Positions 1-11,385 of a stretch of 64,000 bases of DNA are shown one piece after another. A program made the position numbers and the translations under genes. Source of the stretch: the human T2T-CHM13v2.0 reference genome, Homo sapiens; assembly GCF_009914755.1 (NCBI RefSeq), contig NC_060933.1; one strand, written 5' to 3'. Below the pieces are notes generated by a model. That model searched no databases. It worked only from the letters and a program-made list of their open reading frames with translations, and had not been told where the DNA came from. Numbering within the stretch: position 1 is the stretch's first letter; every line of letters starts with the position of its first letter.

Positions 1-280
1 CCCGTGATATTGTTTGTCATATCCAGGGAGGCACAGGATGACATTCCATTGAATTTCGCGACAGGCGTACATGCACAGTGTGATATTGTTCCTAATATCC
101 AAGAAGGGAGAGGATGATATTACTCCCAATAAAGCAGTGGGTGTACATGACCCCTGTGTTATTGTCTCTAATATCCGGGGCCAGGGGAGCGGGGGAGAGG
201 ATAACATTCCCTCAAATTTAGCAGGTGGTTTGACGCCCCTTGTGGTGTTGTTTTAAATATCCAGCGGGGAAGACAATAGT
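1..280. repeat. SATR1/SATR2-type satellite (~78-bp unit), truncated by window edge
   Basis: Recurrent motif gtgtacac...gtgatattgttcctaatatcca...gagaggatgatattactcccaat. Confidence 0.85.
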
Positions 281-3200
281 ACTATTTTTGATACTCCGAT
301 TCATCCGCTCCACCTTTCTGGAACTCTGAGGCTGGGAGGCGGCACGCAGTTTCCGTGTGATCCCCAATACCTTTGCCGTCTTCTGTACCAAGGCAGCCAA
401 AAACGCAGGCTTGTTATCTGAGCTGATCCGTAAGGACAGTCGAAATCTAGGAATCAGATCTCGAAGGAGCACAGGGTTTACTTCACCAGCTTTCTCAGTT
501 TGTGTTTGATAGGCCTCCACCCACCCAGAGTAGGTACGCCCAAGAACTAGTAAATACTTGGTACCTCCACACTTTGGCATCTCTGTGAAGTCTACCTGGA
601 GATCTTCAAAGGGGACTGCTCCATAAGCTTGTATGCCGGGCGGAACGGCTGGACCTTGCCTCGCATTATGCTCTCGGCAGGTAACTCACCGCTGCCTCAG
701 CATTTTGGCAAGGGCTGACAAATGTGAGATGTAGAAATACCGGCCTAACAACTTTTCCAGTGACTCCTGACCTACATGGGTGGTTTCTTGCACAGCCAGT
801 ACAACTGCAGCTCCTAGCAACTGTGGCACAGCTATTCTCACATCTGGTAACTGAATCCATCCTCCCTCCATCACTTGTCCTTCCCTCTACCTGGAGAAAG
901 TCCTTTTCTTCTTTAGAAGAAGTAGGTCCAAGATCAGGTGCTTGAGGGAGCACTGATGCCCAGAAGGGGGCAAATGCTGCTTCTTCGAGCCTCTGAGTCA
1001 GCGAGGGAATTCCCCAAACCCAGCAAGGTGGAAGCTCGCTGGTGTCCTCTGCAATGCATGACTGCCACCTTGTGGGGTTTCCATACTGCTTTTAATAATT
1101 GCAAGATTTCTTGTTGATATTTTCTGTCTTTTCCCCCAGAGTTCAATAGGCCCTTTTCTTTCTATCATGCTCCATGCACTTGAAGGGTTAAAAGACATAC
1201 CAAGAATCAGTGTAAATGTTTACAGTCTCACCTTCACTGAGTTCTAAGGCCCGAGTGAAAGCAATGAGTTCCGCTTTCTGGGCTGAAGTGGCCTGGGGCA
1301 ACAATCTGGCTTCAACAACAGTGTCCAGGGTTACCACTGCATACCCTGCATCTCTCTCTCCTTGGGGGTTGAAGAAGCTGCTCCCATCCACATATAGTTC
1401 CCAGTCTACTGATGTGCAAGGCTGGTCCCGGAGGTCAGGTGTGCTAGAGTCAACTGAGTCCAACACTTCTACACAATCAGGCTGGACAGGGCTCTCTGGT
1501 ACCGGGAGCAAGGTGGCAGGGTGTAGGGTGTTACAAACTTCAATAGTTATATAGGGATTTTCACAGAGCAAAGTTTGGTGCTTGATGAGTCTGGCATTCG
1601 TTAGCGAATGATGTCCTTTAGTATTCATTAAAGTCACCACAGCATGGGGGGCCTTTATGTTCAGGTTTTGCCCAAGAGTCAGCTTATTAGCTTCTTGTAC
1701 TAGCAGGGCAGTTGCTGCCAAGGCCCTCAAACAGGGGGACCATCCTTTAGAAACCCCATCTAGTTGTTTAGAGAGGTAGGCCACTGGCCTCAGCCAGGGC
1801 CCCACAGTTTGGGTTAAAAGTCCAGCTGCCATCTTTTCTCTCTCTGACACATACAATGGAAGAGGCTTTGTCAGATCGGGTAGCCCCAAGGCTGGGGCTG
1901 CCAGAAGGTTTTCCTTTAACTCATGAAAGACTTCCTGTTGTTGGGATCCCCATTCCAAAAGTTCCCAGTCCCTGCCCCCTTTGTGACCTCATACAAAGGC
2001 TTGGCTAATACTGCAAAGTTTGGGATCCACAGTCTACAAAACCCCACAGCTCCTAAGAATTCTCTCACTTGCCTTCTGCCCTGAGGCTCTGGTAGGTTGC
2101 AAATGACCTGCTTTCTTTCTGATCCAGGGCTGCATTCCGACCCCTCTCGGATAGTAAATCCCAAGTAAGGTACCTGCCGTCCGCAGATCTGAGCTTTCTT
2201 CTTGGACACCTAATACCCATAGTCCTCCAGGTGCCTGTGTAGGGCATCTGTTCCCTTGGCGCACCCGACCGCCGTGGGGTGTCTTAACCTACTGGAGCAA
2301 CACACAGCCTAGGTCTCTGGTGGGAAACTCTGGAGGTCTCAAGCCAATGCCTCCCTGAAGATGGTGGGGAGTTCTTGAACCCTTGGGGAAGTCCAGTCCA
2401 AGTGTACTGAGTAGTGACACCTGACTCCGGATCTTCCCACTGAAAGGCAAACAGCTTCTGCCTCTCAGGGGCTAATCTGATAGGAAAGAAAGCATCTTTC
2501 AGGTCCAAGCAGGTGAACCAGCTGTCCTCAGCTGGCAGCAACCCCAACAATGTGGATGGGTTAGGTACTGTTGGACGTAAAGTCAGTGTAGCTTGATTAA
2601 GCAAGTGCAAATCCTGTACCGGCCGGTAGTCCTTGGTCCGTGGCTTGGGAACAGGCAGGAGGGGAGTGTTCCATGGAGACTGACAAGGAACAATAATTCC
2701 AAAAGTTCTTAGGTGCTTGAGATGGACCTGGATACCTTGAAGAGCTTCTCTGGGGACCAGGGCCTGTTTTTGCCTAACCGGCTGGGCCCCAGTCTTAACT
2801 GGCCAATCCCGGAGGGTTGTCTTCCACCCGTACTCTTGGCCACCGCTTAGCCAGAGCTGGTCTTCTCTCTTGGCCCAGCTCAGTTAAGAAAAGTCTCCAT
2901 TCCTCCTCTCGGGGGACCATAAGGGTCATAATGACTCCTGTTCCGGGTAACTTTAGCAGCAAAGAGCCATGCTCTGTCAAAGAGATAGTGGCTCTCAGCT
3001 TGCTGAGCAAGTCCCTTCCCAAAAAGGGCAAGGGACAGTCAGGCATGTACCAAAACTGATGAATGACTTTATGTCCTCCTACAGTGCAAGTCCGAAGCAA
3101 GCAGAAAGCTTGCTTTGCTGAAACCCCCGTGGCTCCGATGACGTCAATAGTTGTTTCGGATAAGGGGGCGACCGGGGCGGTTACTAGCGAATGTTCAGCA

Positions 3201-3286
3201 CCGCTATCTACAAGAAAATCAATGTCTCTACCCCCGACTGTCATTCTGACCAGAGGCTCTTTGGGGACACTTGAGCCCGGTCTCCC
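281..3286 (-). pseudogene. ERV pro-pol remnant (PR, RT, RNase H, partial IN)
   Basis: FLVDSGAEHS and FLGRDLL (protease); LDLKDAFF and LPQGFKNSP (RT), with YVDD destroyed by a stop/deletion near 2285; LYVDGSS, SAQKAELIA and NIYTDS (RNase H); SGWVEAY, SDNKPAF and VERMNR (integrase core). Multiple frameshifts. Confidence 0.92.
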
Positions 3287-4345
3287 TCAGGCCAATAACC
3301 CTTCTGCCAGGTTGAGTAGGGCCCCTTCCTCCTTGTCCGGGGCCTCCTGCTCTGAGTCACCTTGTTTTCTTTTGAGCTCAGGGCATTTGTTCTTCTACTG
3401 TCCTATTTCTTTACAATAAGCACACTGGTTACGCTGCAAACTCTGACAGCCAAGCTGAGTTTCTTTCCCAGGGCCCCCCTTCCCTTGCCTCTTTGGGTGG
3501 GGGGCCCTCTGATTGCTGCAGCTAACAAACAGGTCGGTGTTTTGCTGGGCCTGACCTCCATTCTCTTTGCCGTTTTCCTTACTGCTTACTGCATCCCTGC
3601 TTACAAACACCTGGCTAGCTATTTCTAGTAATTGTGATGTATTCATCCCTGCAAGCCCAGCCTGTTTCTGCAGTTTTCTTCTCATGTCTTCTGTGCTTTG
3701 ACGGACTAAAGCCATGTTAATCATGCGCTGATTTCAGGGCTATCGGGATCAAAGGGAGTATACATACAATAGGCCTCACACAGCCTCTCGTAGAATTGTG
3801 CTGGACTTTCTTCTTTTCCCTGAATGACCTCAGAGACCTTTTTAACATTTGTGGCCTTCTGAGCTCCCCTCATTAATCCTTCCAAGAGAGCTTCCCTGTC
3901 TCGGTTTAGCCTTTGCATATCCTCTCTTTCATGTGGGTCCAACTGGGGGTCGGTTCCTGGTAACTGGGTCCTTACATACTCTTGGGGGTTTTGATAATCA
4001 GCTGGTGCATGTTCCTCTAGCCACTTAGTTGCTGCTTGGGGACTCTCCGCCTTTCTTCGCTGTTAAAGAGGAACATGAGCAACAGGTGCCAATCAGCCCA
4101 GGTGTGGTTGTGGGTCTGGATAACAGTTTGGAGCAAATCAATTAGGGCTTGTGGCTTTTTGGTATAGGGCGGTGTATTGGTTTTCCAGTTGAGAAGGTCG
4201 ACGCAGGTGAAGGGCTGGTACCCAAAAACACGCCTCTCCACCACGTGACCATCCTCATCTATCCCAGTATACCGCTGCTCTCTCAGGGGCATTTGTATCC
4301 CCGTTTTGGGTCGTAAACGAGCTGCCGAGGGAGGGGTGGAATGGC
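3287..4345 (-). pseudogene. ERV gag remnant (CA-NC), frameshifted
   Basis: YQPFTCVDLLNWK; MHR VIQGKEESPAQFYERLCEAY; zinc knuckle CAYCKEIGQ* disrupted; gag TGA at 3289-3287 is in frame with the protease ORF, as in gammaretroviral readthrough. Confidence 0.9.
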
Positions 4346-4361
4346 GCAATGTGACTTACCG

Positions 4362-4702
4362 CAATTAATAATCTCAATTATTAATTGACACTAATAATTA
4401 TCAATATTAATAACTGATAATATAATTTTTAAAATCAATACCAATAATAATGATGATTAATATTAAATAGTCATACTAATGATAACAATAAATGATTAAT
4501 ATTAATGATTAATGATGCCTGATATTAATAACTGATATTGATCTTATTCACTAGAAAACAGTAATATTAGCTCCTAATAATTAATATTAATATTAATAAT
4601 CTGAAAAATTTTTTATTAGCAATTATTTCTTAATATTAATATGAATATCGGTCATTGATATTCATGTTAATAATAAATGAGGAATAATTCATACTACTAT
4701 TA
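4362..4702. repeat. AT-rich low-complexity spacer (attaat/aataat)
   Basis: Directly visible composition. Confidence 0.9.
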
Positions 4703-5815
4703 AGCCTAATACCTCAGTGGGTGTACACCCACCTGTGATATTGCTCCTAATGTCCAGGGAGGGAGAGAGCATGATATTACGTTCAATATCGCAGTAGGTG
4801 TACACCCAGCCAGTGATATTGATCCGAGTATAATCTCCAGGGGGTGGAGTATGAAGTTACTCCCAATATAGCACTGGGTGTGCATCCACCCGGTAATTTT
4901 GCTCCTAATAGTCACGGAAGAAGAGAATGCTATTACTCCCAGTATCGCAGGAAGTGCACACCCCTTCTGTGACATTGTTCCTAATATCCGGAGGGGGAGA
5001 GGGTGATATTACTCGCAATATCGCAGGCTGTGTACACCCACCCTCTGATATTGTTCCTAGTAGCCAGGAAGGGAGAGGAGGATATGACTCCCCATACAGC
5101 AGGAGGTGTATACCCATCCTGGGATATTATTCCTAATATCCATGGAGAGGAGAGGCTGATATGACTCCCAATATCGCAGGGGGTGTACATCCAGTCTGTG
5201 ATATTGTTCTTAATATTCAAAGGCGGAGAGGTTGATATTACTCCCAATATCACAGAAAGTGTACAAACCCGTGTACTATTGTTGCTATTATCCAGAAGAA
5301 GAGAAGATGATATCACCCCCCCCCCCCCATCGCAGGAGGTGTACACCCACTCTGTGATATTTTTTCCAATGTGCAGGGCAGGGGAGGATAATATTCTTCT
5401 TAATAGCACAGGGTGTGTACAGCCCCACTGTGATATGGTCCTTAATATTCCTAGGTGGAGAGGATGATCTTACTCCCAATACCACAGAAAGTGTACACCA
5501 CCCCAGTGATATGGTTCCCATGATCCAGGAGAGAAGAGGATGATGTTACTTTCAATATCGCACGGGGTGGAAACGCCCCCAGTGATATTGTTCCTAATTT
5601 CAACGTGGGAGAGGATGATACTACACGGAATGCCCCTAGGGGTAAAAACACTCCTGTGATATTGTTCTTAATATCAAGGGGAAAGAGGATGCTATTACTC
5701 CAAAAGTGCAGAGGATGTGCACCCGTCTGTGACATAGTTGGTAATTTCCAGGGACGAAGATATTACTGACAATAACGTGAACACTCTGTGTGACCACCGT
5801 GGATCGTCATATCCA
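4703..5815 (+). repeat. SATR-type satellite block, forward orientation
   Basis: Tandem diverged units of the same motif as 1-280. Confidence 0.88.
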
Positions 5816-6000
5816 GCAGGGGAGAGGGGGGTGATATGACTCCCCGCATCACGGGGGGCTCATCCCCTTGCCATGGGAGTCCTAAGAGCCAGGGGGGGAT
5901 AGGGGCTGGCTCTTACTCCCCTTACCGCGGAGGGGGCCTCACCCCCCTGCGATGGGGCTCCTAAGAGCCAGGGGCGGAGAGGGGCTGGCTCTTACTCCCC
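5816..6000 (+). repeat. GC-rich ~78-bp satellite variant (about 2.5 units)
   Basis: ggggctggctcttactcccc...cctcacccccctgcgatgggg..cctaagagcca units. Confidence 0.85.
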
Positions 6001-6749
6001 ATATCGCAGGAGGTGTGTACAACCCCTGCGATATTGGGACTAATATTATCCTCTCCCCCTGAATATAAGAAACAATATCACAGGAGGATGTACACCCCCT
6101 GCGATATTGGAGGTAACATCACTTTCTCCCCCTTGGGATATTCGGAACAATATCACAGTGGGTGTGTACAGCCCCTGCGACATTGCCGCTAGTATCTTCC
6201 TCTCCCTCCCAGGATATAAGGAAGAATGTCACAAGAGGGTGTACACCCCCTGCGATATTGGCCGTAATATCTTCCTCTCCCCTGCTGCCCTTTAGGAGCA
6301 ACGTCACAGAAGGGGTGTTCACCCCCTGCTATATTGGGAGTGATATCATCCTCTCCGTCCCTGGATATTAGGAATAATATCCCTAGGGAGTGTACACCTC
6401 CTGCAATATTCAGACTAATATCATCCTCTCGCCGCCTGAGTATTAGGATCGATATCACAAGGGTGGTGTGCACCCCCGGCGAATTGGAAGAAATATCATC
6501 CTCTCCACCTTTGGATGTTAGGGACAGTATCACGGGGGAGGTCTCCGCCCCCTGCGATATTGGGAGTCATATCATCCGCTCCCACCCAGGATATTAGGAA
6601 CAAGATGACCGAAGGGACGTACTCCCACTGCGATATTTTCAATAATGTCATCCTCTACCCCCTGGCTATTAGGAGTAACATCATAGAGGGGTGTACACTT
6701 TCTGCGATATTGGGAGTAATATCATCTCCCCCACAGATATCGGGAACAG
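6001..6749 (-). repeat. SATR-type satellite block, reverse orientation
   Basis: Units read cccctgcgatattgggagtaatatcatcctctccc...ggatattaggaacaatatcac, the reverse complement of the neighbouring blocks. Confidence 0.88.
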
Positions 6750-7120
6750 TTACATTAATTATTAATATTAATAAACAATAACAATTAATAGTAATCATCG
6801 ATATTAATAATTACAGTAGAGACAGTAAAACAGTATGGATTAAAAATATTAATGGTTATTATTAATAATTAATAGCAATATCACTATTAATAATAAAATA
6901 ATGATATCGGTAATTAATGTTACTTCAATCATAAGTGATGTTGGTAATAAAACAATAATTAGTATTAAAATTAATAACTAATATTAAAAGTGACATTAAT
7001 ATTAATTATTTTAATCATGCATAATCATATCTTGAAAATAAGCATTAATGATTAATGACATTATACTATTAATCTTACCATTGATAATTCTTAATAAGAC
7101 TGATGTTTAATAATTCATAA
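6750..7120. repeat. AT-rich low-complexity spacer
   Basis: Directly visible composition. Confidence 0.9.
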
Positions 7121-8040
7121 TATTATTACTCCTAACACCACAGGGGGTGTACACCTACCTGTGATATTGTTCCTAATAGTCAGGGATGGAGAGCATGATA
7201 TTAGTTTTCATATCACAGTAGGTGTACACTCACCCTGTGACACCGATCCTAATACCCAGCGGGTAGAGTATGACATGACTGCCAACAGAGCAATGAATGT
7301 ACAGCCACCCGGTGATATTGCTCCTAACATCCACGGAAGAAGCGTATGATATTACTCCCAATATCGCAGGGAGTGTACACTTCTTCTGTGATATTGTTCC
7401 TAGTATGCTGAGGGGGACAGGATGATAATAATTCCAGCATCACAGGCTGTGTTCACCCAGCCTGTGAAATTGTTATTAATATCCTGAAAGGGAGAGGATG
7501 ATATTACTCCCCATAATAGATAGATATGACTCCCCATAATAGAGCAGGAGGTGTACACCCACCCTGTGATATTCTTCCTAATCTTCAGAGGCCGAGAGGT
7601 TGATATTACTCCCGATATCGCAGGAAGTATACACCCGCGTGTGAGATGGTCCTTAATAATATTCCAAGATGGAGGGGGTGATATGACTACATATATGACA
7701 GAAAGTGGACACCCCCCAGGGATATTGTTCCCATGATCTTGGAGGGAAGAGGATGGTATTACTTTCAATACGACAGAAGGTGGACACGCCCCTACTGATA
7801 TTGTTTCTAATTGCAACATGGGAGAGGAGGATATGATACGCGATATCGTAGGGAGTAGAAACACCCCTGTAATACTGTTCTTAATATTCAGGGAGGAAGA
7901 GGATGATATTACTCCCAATACAGACGCTTGTACACCGTCTGTACACCGAGGGTGTACACCCGTCTGTGAAAAAGTTCATAATCTCCAGAGGGGGAGATGA
8001 TATTACTCACAATATGGTAAACAGGCTGTGAGTCCACCGC
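7121..8040 (+). repeat. SATR-type satellite block, forward orientation
   Basis: Same motif; collinear with 4703-5815. Confidence 0.88.
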
Positions 8041-8272
8041 GGATCCTAAAAACCAGGGGGGGGGAGAGGGGCTGGCTCTTACTCCCCGCATCGCGGGGGG
8101 TGCCTCACCCCCCTGCGATGGGGGTCCTAAGAGCCAGAGGGGGAGAGGGGCTGGCTCTTACTCCCCGCATCGCGGGGGGTGCCTCACCCCCCTGCGATGG
8201 GGGTCCTAAGAGCCGGGGGGGAGAGGGGCTGGCTCTTACTCCCCGCATCGTGGGGGGTGCCTCACCCCCCTG
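8041..8272 (+). repeat. GC-rich 78-79-bp tandem repeat, ~3 near-identical units
   Basis: actccccgcatcg recurs at 8081, 8160 and 8238. Confidence 0.92.
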
Positions 8273-8401
8273 TGTTTGTTTGCACTTTTATTTTGCTGGA
8301 GTAAAACATCCAAAGAGAGGAGGTCATCTTTTGGAGTCCCTGCTGGGTAAAACTTTGTTTTGCTCTCAGAGAACCTCTCTGGGCAGCTGATGATGCCCTT
8401 C

Positions 8402-9320
8402 TGATGCAGGACAGGTGAGCCCCCACGATTAGGGCTTAGTCCAAGAAGTTTCTTGGCTTCACTAACGAACAAATTCAAGAGTGAGCTGGTGGTAGAAAAC
8501 AGCCTAATTGAGGTAGCAGTGTCACAGCTCCATGACTGCTGCTGCAAAGCAGGGCTACCCCATAGGTGGTGTTTGGAGAGTAGCAGTTCAGAAGCAGTTT
8601 TGCAGTCATATTTATACCTGCTTTTAATTACTTGCAAATTCAGGGGTGGTTTATTCATAAATTTCTTTGGGCAGTAACTTCCAGGTGTTGCCATTGCAAT
8701 GGTAAACCACCATGGCACTGGTGAGCATGTCTTGTGAAGAGATGCTTTCAGTGGCTGTTCCAGCCACTGTTCCAGCCAGTCTTTCATCTGGTCTGGATGA
8801 AAGACCAGATGTCTTTCATCTGGTCTGGATGAAAGACCAGATGTCTTTCATCTGGTCTGGATGAAAGACCAGATGTCTTTCATCTGGTCTGGATGAAAGA
8901 CCAGATGTCTTTCATCTGGTCTGGATGAAAGACCAGATGTCTTTCATCTGGTCTGGATGAAAGACCAGATGTCTTTCATCTGGTCTGGATGAAAGACCAG
9001 ATGTCTTTCATCTGGTCTGGATGAAAGACCAGATGTCTTTCATCTGGTCTGGATGAAAGACCAGATGTCTTTCATCTGGTCTGGATGAAAGACCAGATGT
9101 CTTTCATCTGGTCTGGATGAAAGACCAGATGTCTTTCATCTGGTCTGGATGAAAGACCAGATGTCTTTCATCTGGTCTGGATGAAAGACCAGATGTCTTT
9201 CATCTGGTCTGGATGAAAGACCAGATGTCTTTCATCTGGTCTGGATGAAAGACCAGATGTCTTTCATCTGGTCTGGATGAAAGACCAGATGTCTTTCATC
9301 TGGTCCTGCCTCTTACCTCA
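8402..9320 (-). mobile_element. 3' LTR (MER66-like), expanded by an internal tandem array
   Basis: Minus strand begins TGAGGTAAGAGGCAGG and ends CCTGCATCA; aligns by eye to 15079-15475. Confidence 0.82.
8780..9305. repeat. Perfect 32-bp palindromic minisatellite, 16 full copies + 14 nt (TCTTTCATCTGGTCTGGATGAAAGACCAGATG)
   Basis: Unit starts at 8780+32k through 9292; no variant unit seen. Confidence 0.98.
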
Positions 9321-9329
9321 TTCCCTGCT

Positions 9330-10953
9330 CAGAGATTAGATACTTCTCCTTGCAGAAAGGTGAAGGCCCATTTTCCGTAACTGCTTTCTGCTGATTTTAG
9401 GGGCATACGCCCTGCCTGGCATCAGAGGAGTAAAAATGTCTGTATACCTTATCTAGGGGGCCAAGAGGCAGGATGCTTTTATTCTCTGTATCAGTAGACA
9501 GAATGTGTTTGAAGCCTTGTGCCAGCATTGTGTTTACCTGGAACTGTTATAATCTAGAAGACATAAAGTTTACTAAGAGGTTAAAGTAGCAAGGGCCAAA
9601 GATTAGTAATAACAAGACAGCTATCAGAGGTCCTAGGATTGATAAAAACCAGGTGAGACTTGGGATGGCAATTTTAATAGTGGACCAGATATATTTGGGT
9701 TCACTGCCCCAGTTATATCTATGTAATCAGGTAGCTTGCTCATAGATCTTTTGAATGTTAACCTCAACATGCCCAGAGTTGTTAATATATGTGCAGTAAG
9801 TTTTACTAATAACTGCATAGACTTTGCTTTGTTCAGCTGGTAAATAATCCAATACTAGTCTGTTGTTGAGAACTACATTTGCCAAACAGTCTAGGGACTC
9901 TTGAATTCCCTTTACTGCCTGACCTGTGTTGGTGGCTAAGGATTCTAGGATTTCAGTCAAGTTCTTTAGGGTTGACTCGTGGTAGGCAAAGCTACCCCCT
10001 GGATGCCATTAGTCCTATTGCTGCCCTGATTCCTGCCAGAATTAATCCTCCTGCTTGCTCCTTTCTGGTATTCCTGGGTCTTATGGGGTTATAGACTGTG
10101 ACCCCTGAAGAGGCAAGGGTGGTCAACATACATTCACCTCTGCTTCAAGCTTTGATATACAAGGGAAAGCTACTCCTAAAAGAACAGGTGGCTCCTTGGA
10201 GAGTCGGGCATGGTTATGGGGTGTGACTTCTTCCCATTCATGGCCACAGACAAAAATGAGCCCTGTTGGGGCTCAAAAGGAGGCCCTTCAGGGTATGACA
10301 CCTATCCTTTGCTGCCAAACTGGGTCTATGGAAATATTCCTCCCCTGTTCCCGTGGAGGTGGTTGAGCAATCTTTATTTTCCAGAGGTGGGCAGCACTCC
10401 CACCTTCCCAGCTTAGGCAGTTGTTCTTCCCCTGTATGTTCTGATCTGGGAGACGCCACCATATATGGTCTCCTTGCTCACAAGTGGAATTCCATTTACC
10501 TTGCTGCAGCCTTGGGAACTTGGCAACTAGAGCTGTACCAGAGCTTCACAGGGAAACTTCTGCTTTTGCGTCATTAACACAATAGGGGGTGCAAAAGATA
10601 GAATCATTAGTGTACTGGAGATATGGATACACAACTTCCCAGGTGCAGGTGATAGTGGTTGGGGAGGTTCAGGTGGAATCCATTAGGTGGGAGAGAGTTC
10701 CACAAAGCAAGTAGGGGTCTGGGAACTTTGGGATCATATGGTTAGTTAGGAGGTCTGGGAATATGACTGCGAGATTTTCCAGATAGACCATAAGGTGGAA
10801 CTCTCTATCCTGGGGATGTTGATGAAAAATCCAGCAACCACAAAGATGATTCCCTGATGCCATAATTTTTGAAATACTTACCACAGAGTTATGTTCCCAC
10901 CCACACTGGATCAGGATAATTGAGAGAGCCAACAGAATTAACAGTGACAGCAT
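9330..10953 (-). pseudogene. env remnant related to ERV-V env
   Basis: Signal peptide MLSLLILLALSIILIQCG; WEHNSVVSISKIMASGNHLCGCWIFH (degenerate CWIC); decayed furin site/fusion peptide RKEQ-AGGLILAGIRAAIG; ISD-like LANVVLNNRLVLDYL; decayed cysteine loop VYAVISKTYCTYINNSG. Stops and frameshifts present. Confidence 0.85.
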
Positions 10954-11221
10954 GGTATCTGGTTGGGCCTTAGAGTGGCTTCTACACCCAACAACTGCAA
11001 AAGAGGTGTTTCCCAGGAAGACGTGGTTGGCCAAAGCAATGGAAAAAATGTATTGCAGTTGGGAAAAAGAGAAAAATTAACATGCCTGTTCCCATTCCCA
11101 GCATCACATTACCACTTCTGGCTGAGTGTTGATTCTTTTAAGTAAGTAGTGGAGGTCTTTTAAAGGTTCACAGATGTCATCATGGTGTCCTCATTTTATG
11201 CCTTGCATAAAATGCAAAAGA

Positions 11222-11385
11222 AATAGGTTTAATCCTGGACAGGTGTACCCAACTAGTTATTCCCTGGAGTTTAACATGAGTAGGGTACTCAGCAACACTT
11301 GGCAAGCACCCTTCTGTTTTGGTTGTAATCCCTTGGAGGATTTTTCTTCTTCAGTTTTTAGTAAGACTAAGTCTTCTGGGAGGAG
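11222..11385 (-). pseudogene. Integrase C-terminal (GPY/F module) remnant
   Basis: Translates with a frameshift as LQPKQKGACQVLLST..VKLQGITSWVHLSRIKP. Confidence 0.65.

Larger units (their letters stand above)
281..4345 (-). mobile_element. HERV-E-type (gammaretrovirus-like ERV1) internal fragment, gag-pro-pol, no LTRs, truncated at both ends
   Basis: Collinear minus-strand ORF fragments with capsid, NC, protease, RT, RNase H and integrase motifs. Abuts satellite on the left and AT-rich DNA on the right. Family call from recalled similarity (GWxPCLRALAATALLVQEANKLTLGQNLNIKAPH). Confidence 0.85.

Noticed and set aside
218-4349. Functional retroviral gag/pol genes (e.g. the 256-aa ORF at 1188-1958)
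   Set aside because: Fragmented by frameshifts and stops; RT YVDD and the zinc knuckle are destroyed; no LTR promoter
4706-8390. Many ORFs with repeated ILGVISSSP / DDITPNIAGGVH motifs
   Set aside because: Translations of satellite DNA, not protein repeats
8780-9305. CRISPR array (32-bp palindromic repeat)
   Set aside because: No spacers, no cas genes, and it sits inside a primate LTR
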